This document shows, in pieces, positions 27,776 to 37,851 of a stretch of DNA of 64,000 nucleotides. The stretch's first letter is position 1; every line of letters begins with the position of its first letter. Source of the DNA: Campylobacterales bacterium (GTDB lineage: Bacteria > Campylobacterota > Campylobacteria > Campylobacterales > QNZT01); assembly GCA_027066435.1 (NCBI GenBank), contig JAMONX010000046.1:32895-96894 (forward strand), written 5' to 3'. The position numbers and the translations under genes were made by a program. The notes beneath the pieces were generated by a model. It saw only the letters and a list, made by a program, of their open reading frames with translations, was not told where the DNA came from and ran no database searches.

Positions 27776-29245
27776 GTGAAATTTTTAGTAAGTGAAAAAA
27801 AAGTAGATGATATAGAAGCTGATTGTGAATTTATAATCGTTGTAGATGAAAAAAAAGAGCATAAATGGATAAAAGATAGAGAAGATTTAGAGACTTTATC
27901 ATTTAAAGGAAAAAGCGAAGAGGTAGTATTTTTACCACACCAACATAGAGTTTATGTAGGTGCTGATTCACTCGATAGAGATGAGATACGAATAGCCCTC
28001 TCTTGTGCTATAAATGTAGTTAAAAAGACAAAATACAAATCTATAAAAATAGGCTCATACACCCAAGATTGTCCAGCTACAAATACAAAAGCAATAGTTG
28101 AAGGCATAAAGCTTGGAAGTTACACATTTGACAGATACAAAAGTGAAAAAGAGGGCTCTAATGTAAAAAGCATCACTCTATCAACTGAAGATTACAGTGA
28201 CAAAGAAGTTAAAATTGAATCTTCTCAATATGCAGTAAAAGAGGCTATTATAATCTCAGATGCAACAAATAATGCAAAAGAGATGGTAAACACAGTCCCA
28301 GATGACATGACACCAGAGCATATGGCAAAAAAAGCACAAGAGCTTGCAAGGGAGCTTGAAGATGTGGAGTGTTTTATAGGTAATGAAAAGTTTTTAAAAG
28401 AGCAAAAGATGGGTGCATTTTTGGCAGTGAGTCGCTCAAGTGTACATAAACCTAGATTTATCCACTTAACTTACAAACCAAAAGATGCAAAAGAGAGATT
28501 TGTATTTGTTGGTAAAGGTTTGACATATGATAGTGGAGGATTAAGCTTAAAACCAAGTGAACATATGGTTAGCATGAAAGCAGACAAAGGTGGAGGAGCA
28601 GCTGTAATATCAATCTTAAAAGCAGCAGCTGAACTTAAACTCCCTTTTGAAGTACATGCGATTATCGGAGCTTGTGAAAATATGATAGGCGAAAATGCCT
28701 TTAAACCTGATGATGTATTACTCGCAAAAAATGGCAAAACTATAGAAGTAAGAAATACTGATGCTGAAGGAAGACTTGTTTTGGCTGATTGTCTATGTTT
28801 CGCACAAGAATTAAAACCTGACTATCTTGTTGATATCGCCACACTAACAGGTGCTTGTGTAGTTGCAGTTGGCGAATATACAACGGGAATCATGGGTCAT
28901 AGTAGCAGCTTAAAACATCAGCTTATGAATGCAGCTTCAAAAAGTGGCGAACTTGTAGGAACACTTCCATTTAATAGATATCTAAAAAAATCAATAAAAA
29001 GTCAAGTTGCAGATATGGCAAATATCAGCTCAACAAGATATGGAGGAGCGATAACAGCAGCCTTATTTTTAGATAATTTTATAGAAGAAGAGTACAAAGA
29101 TAAGTGGCTTCATCTGGATATCGCAGGACCTGCATATGTAGCAAAAGATTGGGGATACAATCAAGCAGGAGCAAGTGGTGCTGGTGTAAGATTGTGTCTG
29201 TATTGGTTAAAAACCATATCAAATTCTCATAAAAAGGAGGCATAA
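27776..29245 (+). CDS. pepA: Leucyl aminopeptidase (M17)
   Basis: VGKGLTYDSGGLSLKP and the M17 signature NTDAEGRLVLAD. Confidence 0.9.
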   Translation: MKFLVSEKKVDDIEADCEFIIVVDEKKEHKWIKDREDLETLSFKGKSEEVVFLPHQHRVYVGADSLDRDEIRIALSCAINVVKKTKYKSIKIGSYTQDCPATNTKAIVEGIKLGSYTFDRYKSEKEGSNVKSITLSTEDYSDKEVKIESSQYAVKEAIIISDATNNAKEMVNTVPDDMTPEHMAKKAQELARELEDVECFIGNEKFLKEQKMGAFLAVSRSSVHKPRFIHLTYKPKDAKERFVFVGKGLTYDSGGLSLKPSEHMVSMKADKGGGAAVISILKAAAELKLPFEVHAIIGACENMIGENAFKPDDVLLAKNGKTIEVRNTDAEGRLVLADCLCFAQELKPDYLVDIATLTGACVVAVGEYTTGIMGHSSSLKHQLMNAASKSGELVGTLPFNRYLKKSIKSQVADMANISSTRYGGAITAALFLDNFIEEEYKDKWLHLDIAGPAYVAKDWGYNQAGASGAGVRLCLYWLKTISNSHKKEA

Positions 29246-30346
29246 ATGGGTCTAAGTGTCGGAATAGTAGGTCTTCCAAATGTTGGAAAATCAACCACTT
29301 TTAATGCTCTTACAAAAGCACAAAATGCACAGTCGGAAAATTATCCATTTTGTACAATTGAACCAAACAAAGCAGTAGTTCCAGTACCTGATTTTAGGCT
29401 AAAAGAGTTAGCAGAAATTGTAAGTCCAGAGAAGATTCAAAACTCAACTATTGATTTTGTTGATATCGCTGGTCTTGTAAAAGGTGCAAGTCGTGGCGAG
29501 GGACTTGGAAATAAATTTTTATCAAATATAAGAGATGTTGAAGTAATACTTCATATGGTTCGCTGTTTTGATGATGGAAATATAACTCATGTTGAAGGAG
29601 ATATAAATCCACTTCGAGATATCGAAATCATAGAAGGAGAGCTTATATTTTCCGATATGGAACAACTTGATAGAAAGATAGAGAAACTAACTCGTGATGC
29701 AAAGATGCAAAAGGATGCAAAAAGTAAACTAGAACTTGCAAAGGAACTAAGAGAGCATTTAGATGAGATAAAACCTGTTGCAACATTTACAAAAAAAGAT
29801 GATGAGATATTTATAGAACTTGACCGTGAACTTAGGTTTTTATCAAACAAAGAAATAATCTATGGTGCAAATACAGATGAAGATGGTCTTTTAGAGGATA
29901 ATAATTATGTAAAAATTCTACAAGAGTATGCAAAAGAGAGTGGTTTTGAAGTCATCAAACTCTGTGCAAAGATAGAAGAGGAACTTATCGGTCTTGAAGA
30001 TGATGAAGCTAACGAATTTTTAGAAGAACTTGGCATAAAAGAGTCAGGCTTAGAGCAAATCATAAAAAGTGCATATACAAAATTAGGACTAATATCATAT
30101 TTTACAGCAGGAGTCAAAGAGGTAAGATCTTGGACAATTAAAAAAGGATGGACTGCACCAAAATCAGCTTCTGTAATCCACAATGACTTTGAAAAAGGAT
30201 TTATAAGAGCTGAAGTTATCTCTTATGATGATTTTATAAAATTCAAAGGTGATCAAGGTTCAAAAGATGCTGGCAAGATGAGATTAGAAGGAAAAGAGTA
30301 TATCGTACAAGATGGTGATGTTATGCATTTTAGATTTAATGTGTAA
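29246..30346 (+). CDS. ychF: Ribosome-binding ATPase YchF
   Basis: P-loop GIVGLPNVGKSTTFNALT, DIAGLVKGAS, and a C-terminal TGS-like end DGDVMHFRFNV. Confidence 0.95.
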   Translation: MGLSVGIVGLPNVGKSTTFNALTKAQNAQSENYPFCTIEPNKAVVPVPDFRLKELAEIVSPEKIQNSTIDFVDIAGLVKGASRGEGLGNKFLSNIRDVEVILHMVRCFDDGNITHVEGDINPLRDIEIIEGELIFSDMEQLDRKIEKLTRDAKMQKDAKSKLELAKELREHLDEIKPVATFTKKDDEIFIELDRELRFLSNKEIIYGANTDEDGLLEDNNYVKILQEYAKESGFEVIKLCAKIEEELIGLEDDEANEFLEELGIKESGLEQIIKSAYTKLGLISYFTAGVKEVRSWTIKKGWTAPKSASVIHNDFEKGFIRAEVISYDDFIKFKGDQGSKDAGKMRLEGKEYIVQDGDVMHFRFNV

Positions 30347-30435
30347 CATTTAGCAAAAGTTTTTTATAAAAGTGCCGATTTGGTTTATAAGTTAAATTAA
30401 AAATTAGAATTTTTTAGTTTAATAAATAAACTATT

Positions 30436-32349
30436 ATGGGGATTTTGATGAAAAAAGGGATGATTTCAAATATTGCAGCAAGTGCAATATTAGCGGGGAC
30501 ATTTGTATTAAGTGGTTGTGGAAGTAGTAAAAATAGTCCAACAGTAGTAGATGATACACCAGAAACTTATGGTGTGAGTGGTAGTGCTTCATATGTAGGT
30601 GATATTTTTGAAGGAGATGTAAAAGTATATGATGCAAGTGGAAACGAGTTAAGAACAGTTGCCTTAGATGCAAATGGTGACTACTCTATAAGTGGATTAA
30701 ATACTAAACCTTCATATGTTAAATTACAATCTGGAGCAAAAGGTAAAGGTAATGATGGAATTGCAGGAAATGATGATGATAATAGGATAACACTTGCCCT
30801 CTCTTCAGATGTATCTAACTCAACAGCTAATCTTAGTCTTTCAAGCTATTTAAATAAAGAGTATAATTTAAATGTACCTAGTCCACTTTCAATAGCACAA
30901 AAAGATTATCTACTAAATATACAAGAAACACTTGTTTACTTAGATATACCATACAATGATGCTTTTAAATATGCAGGAGGTGCATTAACAACTCCAGTAA
31001 GTACATCTGCTTATAGTGTTTTAAGCACAGGAACAAGTACTTCTTTACTATTAAGCCAAGAGCTTAGAGATATTTTAGGAAGTGATAAGGTAACCTTACT
31101 TCAAGAAGTATCAGAGATGCTTACAACTCTCACATCTGACTATACAGGAACTGCAAATGAACAAAAGATTGCACATAATGCTATAAAAGTTGTAATGAGT
31201 GCGGTAAAAGAGTTAGCATCAGATGGCTTTAATAGTGATGATAAAGAAGCACTTGAAGCAATAACAGCTACTGATAATATAAATACTACAAAAGATTGGG
31301 TAGCTAATAATATAGATAAAGAAGTAAATCTCTATACACAAGGTGTAAAGATGGCTAAAACAGCAACTGCTGATCCATCTACACCTCCAATTGCAGCAAA
31401 TGATGAGCCCACTATAATCGTAACTTGTGCAGATTTAGATATGAGTGGTTCTGCTGCTGTGGTGTGTGGACCACAAGAAGATAATTTCCAATTTTCTGCT
31501 GATTTTGGAGAGTTGCAACCAAGAGATAATGATATAAACACTCCAGATGGTGGTCTTTTACTATATATGGCTAGTTCAGACTTAGGTGATGTTACACCAG
31601 AAGTTGCACAAAGTGGTTATGGTGAAGGTAGGATTGAGCATACTTGGATAGAAAAAAAGTATCTCCGTTTAAATACCGCAGCGAAAGCTCTTAATACTGA
31701 TGCAAAGTTTGAGTTGATAAAAGATTATATTGAGCCACTGTTTTCGATAAAAGGTCATATCTTTGAAAATGATAATAATAAATTTAATCTAGAGGAAGGT
31801 CAAACAAGAACATTTGTAGCAACTATGGTTCTTCACTTTACAAATAACCAAGCTGAATCAACGCCAAATAAAGAGTATATGAGTGCCACAATCCAAATGG
31901 ATGTAACAAAAACAAATGATAAATACTACTTTGAAACACCAGCAGATAGTAAAGTATTGTTAACTGCAAAAAAGCTAGATGATTCAACTGGAGTTATGAT
32001 AGTTACAGAAAATGGTGATTTAGCTGCTGGAACAATTGGAGATGAGTTTTCATTTAATCCTGGAAAATACTTTGATAGACTCATAGCTGATGGAGATAGT
32101 GCTGGGGTTGCAGATGCGGCTAAAGAGATATTAGTAAAAAACACTACTCAAGAAGGTCCAATTAAAATACACTTTACTCTACATGAGAAACTACCAAATG
32201 GAACTTTTGATAAATCATTTATCAGGAATCCTGGAACTTTTGAACCAGCTAACTTTGCTTTAAATCTAGGGGGAAGTTCAAATCCATATGTTGATGCATT
32301 TGATAATGGAGCTGTTCAGGCAATAAAATTTAAATTAATCTTAGAATAA
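30436..32349 (+). CDS. Large lipoprotein of unknown function (paralogue A, 637 aa)
   Basis: Lipobox FVLSG|CGSS; the probable true start is MKKGMIS at 30448. A CarboxypepD_reg-like beta segment (GDVKVYDASGNELRTVALDANGDYSISGL). The C-terminal ~300 aa are homologous to the 32380..33681 product. Confidence 0.6.
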   Translation: MGILMKKGMISNIAASAILAGTFVLSGCGSSKNSPTVVDDTPETYGVSGSASYVGDIFEGDVKVYDASGNELRTVALDANGDYSISGLNTKPSYVKLQSGAKGKGNDGIAGNDDDNRITLALSSDVSNSTANLSLSSYLNKEYNLNVPSPLSIAQKDYLLNIQETLVYLDIPYNDAFKYAGGALTTPVSTSAYSVLSTGTSTSLLLSQELRDILGSDKVTLLQEVSEMLTTLTSDYTGTANEQKIAHNAIKVVMSAVKELASDGFNSDDKEALEAITATDNINTTKDWVANNIDKEVNLYTQGVKMAKTATADPSTPPIAANDEPTIIVTCADLDMSGSAAVVCGPQEDNFQFSADFGELQPRDNDINTPDGGLLLYMASSDLGDVTPEVAQSGYGEGRIEHTWIEKKYLRLNTAAKALNTDAKFELIKDYIEPLFSIKGHIFENDNNKFNLEEGQTRTFVATMVLHFTNNQAESTPNKEYMSATIQMDVTKTNDKYYFETPADSKVLLTAKKLDDSTGVMIVTENGDLAAGTIGDEFSFNPGKYFDRLIADGDSAGVADAAKEILVKNTTQEGPIKIHFTLHEKLPNGTFDKSFIRNPGTFEPANFALNLGGSSNPYVDAFDNGAVQAIKFKLILE

Positions 32350-32355
32350 GTAGAT

Positions 32356-32380
32356 AACCTAAGCCAAGAAGGCTTAGGTT
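32356..32380. terminator. Bidirectional hairpin between the convergent lipoprotein genes
   Basis: AACCTAAGCC / AAGAA / GGCTTAGGTT is a perfect 10-bp stem with a 5-nt loop. No strong U-run on either side. Confidence 0.55.
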
Positions 32381-33681
32381 TAGTTAGATAGTTTATTGTA
32401 AACTCCACCAGGATATACAATGTTAAATTTAATTGCTTGGTTTGTATTTCCATTAGTAAGTGAATAAGCTGGAGCATGAGAACCTGTCATATCTAAACCA
32501 AACAAAGTAGCATTTAACTCTGCAGGATTTCTCACAAAACTTCTCTCAAATGAACCGTTTTTCATTTCGTGAAGTGTTCCATAGATTTTTACAGGCCAAG
32601 GATTAGTAAAGTTTTCTACCAAAATCTCTTTTGCATAATCTGCAACACCGATACTTTCACCTTTTTCAATCAATTTATCAAAATACTTTGCCATGTTGAT
32701 AGAGAAAGCACTATTTACATAACCTTGACTAGGATGCAATATACTATTTATAGATAAATTTGATGTTTCAACCTGTACACCTAATTGTCCCACTTTTTTA
32801 GCACGCAAAACAATTGGAGTATTTGCTGGTGAAGAGAACCTAAGTTTACTGCTATTTCCATCAACCCTCTCTACATCTAACTCAAATGATACTGTCAAAT
32901 ATTCTAAATTTGTTGTATCTGTTTTAAATTGTTCTAAAAGATCTAATTCTCCAACCCCTCTTGTAAAATGCATAACATATGTAGCTAAAAATTTTCCAGC
33001 TTCTCTGTTATTATTTAAAGGAGTAGAATTATTGCCGTCATCAAAATATGGATTATTTTCAGGCTCTGCTGCCATACACTGAATATTGCAAACATTTGCA
33101 AGATATGTTCGCATATACTCATATCGTTGATTTACACTATCAGTTTTTGCTGTATCTGATAAAACAATATAATTTGTCGGAATATAAACTTCATGAATAC
33201 GATTTTCTTGTGGGTTGCCCTCTAGTGGTGTATCAAATACTGTACCATTATATGCTGTTAAAGCATCAAAAAGTAGCACACCGCCATCTGGAGTAGATGC
33301 ATCATTATCTAAATCACCCAACCCTGTAATAGCACCGCCCAATGATCCAAAATCTGATTGAAAGACATAAGTAATTCCCTCTTTTGGACCACAAACCACA
33401 GGAGAACCCGTTGTCTTGTCTGCACACTCATTTAACTCAGAATGAACAACAGATGTACGCGTATTATCTCCACGGCTAACTGTTGTAGCCGAACCTGCTG
33501 GAACACTAACTGTAGTTCCATTAGCTGTCACTACTTTTATACTTGAATCATCTTGTGTATCTCCGCCAAGTCCTCCAAGACCAGCACCACTATTATCAAT
33601 AGGTGGCTCTACACTATTATTACACCCTCCTAATATTAATGTACCTGCCAATACAATACTGATTAATACTCTTTTTTTCAT
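32380..33681 (-). CDS. Lipoprotein of unknown function (paralogue B, 433 aa)
   Basis: Lipobox LILGG|CNNS and a Gly-rich linker. It shares blocks with paralogue A: VVCGP, TPDGG, ATxVxHFT, KYFDxLIxxGxSxGVADxAKEILV, SFxRNP and QAIKF. Confidence 0.6.
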   Translation of the reverse strand: MKKRVLISIVLAGTLILGGCNNSVEPPIDNSGAGLGGLGGDTQDDSSIKVVTANGTTVSVPAGSATTVSRGDNTRTSVVHSELNECADKTTGSPVVCGPKEGITYVFQSDFGSLGGAITGLGDLDNDASTPDGGVLLFDALTAYNGTVFDTPLEGNPQENRIHEVYIPTNYIVLSDTAKTDSVNQRYEYMRTYLANVCNIQCMAAEPENNPYFDDGNNSTPLNNNREAGKFLATYVMHFTRGVGELDLLEQFKTDTTNLEYLTVSFELDVERVDGNSSKLRFSSPANTPIVLRAKKVGQLGVQVETSNLSINSILHPSQGYVNSAFSINMAKYFDKLIEKGESIGVADYAKEILVENFTNPWPVKIYGTLHEMKNGSFERSFVRNPAELNATLFGLDMTGSHAPAYSLTNGNTNQAIKFNIVYPGGVYNKLSN

Positions 33682-34028
33682 TTAATTCCCTTTGTAAGCA
33701 TTATTTTAAAAGTATCATATCTAGTTAAGTTTAATTTTAGTTTAAATAATAATATCTCTTTTTACCTATTGTAACCTTAAGAACTATTTTCTTTAATTAA
33801 TGCTTAAATTATTAGTAAACATACTATATTTTACTATAAAACAATTAAATATATTTAATTATTTAAATTAATTTATTATTTTACTGAAAATAAATTTTCT
33901 TTAATTTTTTTCTTGTTTTCTTGTCTATTCTTTTCAATATGTTACTTTTCTGGACATATAAAGTATTAAACTATAAAATCATATACTAATAATTCAATAT
34001 CTTAAACTATCAAGGATACCATTTACCT

Positions 34029-36881
34029 ATGAAATTACAATTACACTTGTTTATGATTTTTTTTATTACAACAACACTATATGGAATTACTGGAGCTCAA
34101 ATACAACAAGCAAAAGAGATGTTATCGAAAAATCCATCGCTTTTAAACACTCCTCAAGCCAAACAAGCAATAAAGCAACACAAAGGAGAAGGAACTTTAA
34201 TTGATGCTGCACAAAAAAGTGAACCGATAGCTGATAATGTTATTGAGTCTGATGGCAAAGAGACTTCAGAAAATGAGACATCAGATGAAGACAGTAAAAA
34301 GATACTCCAAAAACATATAGATACTTATGGAACTCTTAGACTAAATCCACAACGATATCTTTCAAATGATGAAGAACTTATGCGAATTAAATCAGTACAC
34401 AAAGGAAGAAGCCGAAAAAAGCTTCAAAGATTTTCAAAAGAGTTTTTCAGGAATAAAAATAAAATATCTAAAAAAAATGTCAATGTTCCTTCAAGTTATA
34501 TTATAAACCGTGGAGATACTGTTAGATTTTGGGTTTATGGAGCTACAAATCAAAAACACACTCTAAAGGTTAATAACCAAGGAAATATAAATATACCAGA
34601 AATTGGACCAGTTAAAGTAGCCGGAGAAAAATATGATGAAGTAAAAGAGCTATTGACAAACTATCTTTCAAGTTCTTATAAAAATAGTGAAGTTGTTGTT
34701 GATTTAAACTCGTTTTCTACAGTACAGATAACTCTTACAGGTTTTGTCAATGCTCCAGGAATTTTTAATACAAGTTCGGTCTCAAGTGTCAAAGATATTC
34801 TTATAGAGGCAAATGGCGTTTCAAATGTAGGATCAGTACGAAACATTCAAGTAAAACGAGCTGGTCAAACAATTGCAACAGTTGATTATTATCATCTTTT
34901 AAGTATAGGATCAGATCAAGGGGATGTTGTACTTCAGCCAAATGACACAATTCATGTACCAAGAGCTTATGGTCTTATATGGCTAGAAGGAGCCGTTAAC
35001 AAAGAGGCAATATTTGAAATAGAAGCAGGAGAACCACTCTCTAAAATATTGCAACTTGCAGGTGGTGTAAAAACTGAGGCAGATGGACTTAATATCCACA
35101 TAAAAAGATATGCCAACAACAAACAGATTAAATATCATAAAATTACACTAAGAGAAGCTAGCCGTTTTATACTAAAAGATGGAGATGAAATATATGTAGG
35201 CAAGATGGGATCAACAAATGAGAGATATATAGAAATAATCGGAAATGTTGTAACAGAAGGAAAGAGAGAACTTAATTCAAACTCCATAAAATTATCTAAG
35301 TTATTAAAAAGAGAAATTAGGGGCGGTAAACTAAACAGTTTCTTTTTAGAAAATACTAAATTAGATTATGCTGTTGTTAAAAGAGTAGATGATGACCTTA
35401 CTCCGCAAATGATAAGTATAAATCTAAGCAATATTTTAGATAAAACTGAAGATTTTACTCTTTTAAACAAAGATATCCTATACATATACAATCATCTTGA
35501 TATTGGGCTAAATCAATTTGTTACGATTACTCAAGCTTTTACAGAACAAGAGTTAAAACAAGCCAAAAAGACAACTTTATTAATGAAAGAGGGAAAACAC
35601 CTCTATACAAAAGGCATGACTCTAAAAGATCTTATATATGCAGCAGGCATAAAAGGCTCATTTGACACAAATAGAGTTAAGATAATCAATTATGATGTAA
35701 AACATAATAAAGCTGATGTAAAAATTATTAACTACGATAAAAACCCAAATTATATGCTCAAACCTTTTGATGCAGTTTATCTATTTGATTTTTTTGAAAC
35801 AAATCCAACAAAAGTGGCACATATAGTAGGTGAAGTTGTCAAACCTGGAAAATATGAAGTAGCCGAAGCTATGACTTTGAAAAAATTTATCGAAAGTGCC
35901 GGAGGGTTAAATGAAAGAGCTTATCCAAAAACTTGTGAAATCATCAGATATTATGTAGAAAATGGAGAGAGACAAAAAAAGATTTTTAATGTAGATCTTA
36001 AAGATATAGGAACATTTCTTATTCAAGCACATGATGAAATCAATATAAAACGAATTCCAAACTGGCACGAGAGAAAATCTATAACCTTAAAAGGAGAAGT
36101 AAAATTTCCAGGAACTTATATCATACATAGTGGAGAAAAACTCTCTTCAGTGATTCAAAGAGCAGGTGGCTATACAAATGACGCTTTTTTATATGGTGCA
36201 ATCTTTACAAGAGCTGAAATAGCAATGCTTCAAAAAAAGAGCTTAAGAGTTGAGCTTTCAAAACTTAAAGAGCAAGTGATATATGCAAGTCTTAGAGCTT
36301 CTGGAAGCAAATCTGTAAGCTCTATCAATATTAATGAAAGCATAAAAGCGGTGGAATCACTCATAAATGAGGCAGAAGAATTAACACCGATTGGAAGAAT
36401 CGCAATAAATTTAGGTTATAATGAAAATGCCTTGTGTTCTGGATATGGAGCTATTGGCAGTGCACATGTAAGTGGCAATCTTAAAGGTACTCCTAGTGAT
36501 TTAACACTCAAAGATAAAGATACACTCTATATTCCAGCGTTTAACGATACTGTTGTTGTAAGTGGAGAAGTTATGAACCCAATGGCTTCAATTTACTTAG
36601 GTGACAATATTAGCAATTATATTTCTAAAAGCGGTGGTTTAACAGAAATCGCAGATACAGATCATATCTATGTAATGCATGCTAATGGTGAAGCACAAAA
36701 AGCAAGTATGGGAAGTTACCTCTTTAGCTCAAATAAAGTTAATGTGAAAAAAGGTGATATAATCATCGTACCTAAAAAACTTATGTTTCAAAGAGGTATA
36801 GATGTAGTGGGCGAAGTGGCTGATATTTTTTATAAATTGACACTTACTGTTGCTGCCATGCGAACAGTCGGTGCATTATAA
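34029..36881 (+). CDS. Outer-membrane polysaccharide export (OPX/Wza-family) protein, 950 aa, multi-SLBB
   Basis: Signal peptide. Poly_export-like INRGDTVRFWVYG...VNNQGNINIPEIGPVKVAGEKYDEV. About seven SLBB-like repeats (e.g. VAHIVGEVVKPGKYEVAEAMTLKKFIESAGG). Hydrophobic C-terminal helix. Confidence 0.8.
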   Translation: MKLQLHLFMIFFITTTLYGITGAQIQQAKEMLSKNPSLLNTPQAKQAIKQHKGEGTLIDAAQKSEPIADNVIESDGKETSENETSDEDSKKILQKHIDTYGTLRLNPQRYLSNDEELMRIKSVHKGRSRKKLQRFSKEFFRNKNKISKKNVNVPSSYIINRGDTVRFWVYGATNQKHTLKVNNQGNINIPEIGPVKVAGEKYDEVKELLTNYLSSSYKNSEVVVDLNSFSTVQITLTGFVNAPGIFNTSSVSSVKDILIEANGVSNVGSVRNIQVKRAGQTIATVDYYHLLSIGSDQGDVVLQPNDTIHVPRAYGLIWLEGAVNKEAIFEIEAGEPLSKILQLAGGVKTEADGLNIHIKRYANNKQIKYHKITLREASRFILKDGDEIYVGKMGSTNERYIEIIGNVVTEGKRELNSNSIKLSKLLKREIRGGKLNSFFLENTKLDYAVVKRVDDDLTPQMISINLSNILDKTEDFTLLNKDILYIYNHLDIGLNQFVTITQAFTEQELKQAKKTTLLMKEGKHLYTKGMTLKDLIYAAGIKGSFDTNRVKIINYDVKHNKADVKIINYDKNPNYMLKPFDAVYLFDFFETNPTKVAHIVGEVVKPGKYEVAEAMTLKKFIESAGGLNERAYPKTCEIIRYYVENGERQKKIFNVDLKDIGTFLIQAHDEINIKRIPNWHERKSITLKGEVKFPGTYIIHSGEKLSSVIQRAGGYTNDAFLYGAIFTRAEIAMLQKKSLRVELSKLKEQVIYASLRASGSKSVSSININESIKAVESLINEAEELTPIGRIAINLGYNENALCSGYGAIGSAHVSGNLKGTPSDLTLKDKDTLYIPAFNDTVVVSGEVMNPMASIYLGDNISNYISKSGGLTEIADTDHIYVMHANGEAQKASMGSYLFSSNKVNVKKGDIIIVPKKLMFQRGIDVVGEVADIFYKLTLTVAAMRTVGAL

Positions 36882-37837
36882 TGAGAGATAATTTACAAAT
36901 GCAAGATAGAGGACATTACATAGAAGAAGATGAAATTGATTTGAGAGAGCTCTTTAGCACTATCTGGCAAAATAAATTTACAATTGCCATAATATCTCTC
37001 TTAATTACTTCATTTGCTCTTCTTTATGCTTTGAAAATACCAAATATTTATACCTCTTCTACTATACTTGTCCCAAAGGACAATGATAAGCCAAGTGTAG
37101 GTGCAGGTGCAGCTGCAATGGCTGCAATGGCTGGTATAAATTTAGGTGGTGGGGGTGGTATGGATATCTCTGGGCTTTTTAAGAACTTACTTGGTAATTA
37201 TTCTTTTAATAAATATATTATTGAAAAATATAATATTGACCAAATGCTTAAACTTGAAAATATAGAGAAAAACTTTGTATTTGCGGCCAACAAAAGAGAA
37301 GTTTATGATCTTTTTAACTCTTCTTCCAACAAAGGAGAAAAAGACAAAGAAGAACTCATCTATAATACCTATATGAGTCTCAAAGGTATTTTATCGATAT
37401 CAACAGATAAAGAATCTGGGGCAATAACACTCAGTGCAAAACTTGAAGATCGTTTTATGACAAAAAAATTAGTGGATATCTATCTCGTAGAGATGAGTGA
37501 CTATGTAAAAAAGCTGGATTTAAAAGAGTTGGATGAACAAGTATTATATTATGAGAGTGAACTACAAAGTGCTAAGAACCTTGATTTAAAGTTTAATATT
37601 AGCGAACTACTTTCAGCACTGGTTAAAAAGAAAGTCCTTTCACAAGCTGGAGAGTTTTATATGGTAAAACAACTTACAAAGCCACAAGTTGCGTATATTA
37701 AGGATAAAGCAGGACCTAAAAGAGCTTTGATTATAATAGTTGCTTTTATCACTTCTATCATTCTTGGTATCTTTTTTGTATTTTTTAAAGAGTTTATAAA
37801 AGGTTCAAAGGAGAGAGAAAGTGAACTATCATTTTAA
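36881..37837 (+). CDS. Wzz-type polysaccharide co-polymerase / chain-length determinant (PCP) protein
   Basis: Wzz N-terminal pattern EIDLRELFSTIWQNKFTIAIISLLITSFALLYAL. A coiled periplasmic region and a C-terminal TM helix LIIIVAFITSIILGIFFVFF. TAATG overlap with the OPX gene. Confidence 0.7.
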   Translation: MRDNLQMQDRGHYIEEDEIDLRELFSTIWQNKFTIAIISLLITSFALLYALKIPNIYTSSTILVPKDNDKPSVGAGAAAMAAMAGINLGGGGGMDISGLFKNLLGNYSFNKYIIEKYNIDQMLKLENIEKNFVFAANKREVYDLFNSSSNKGEKDKEELIYNTYMSLKGILSISTDKESGAITLSAKLEDRFMTKKLVDIYLVEMSDYVKKLDLKELDEQVLYYESELQSAKNLDLKFNISELLSALVKKKVLSQAGEFYMVKQLTKPQVAYIKDKAGPKRALIIIVAFITSIILGIFFVFFKEFIKGSKERESELSF

Positions 37838-37851
37838 ATTAAGGTGTTTTC

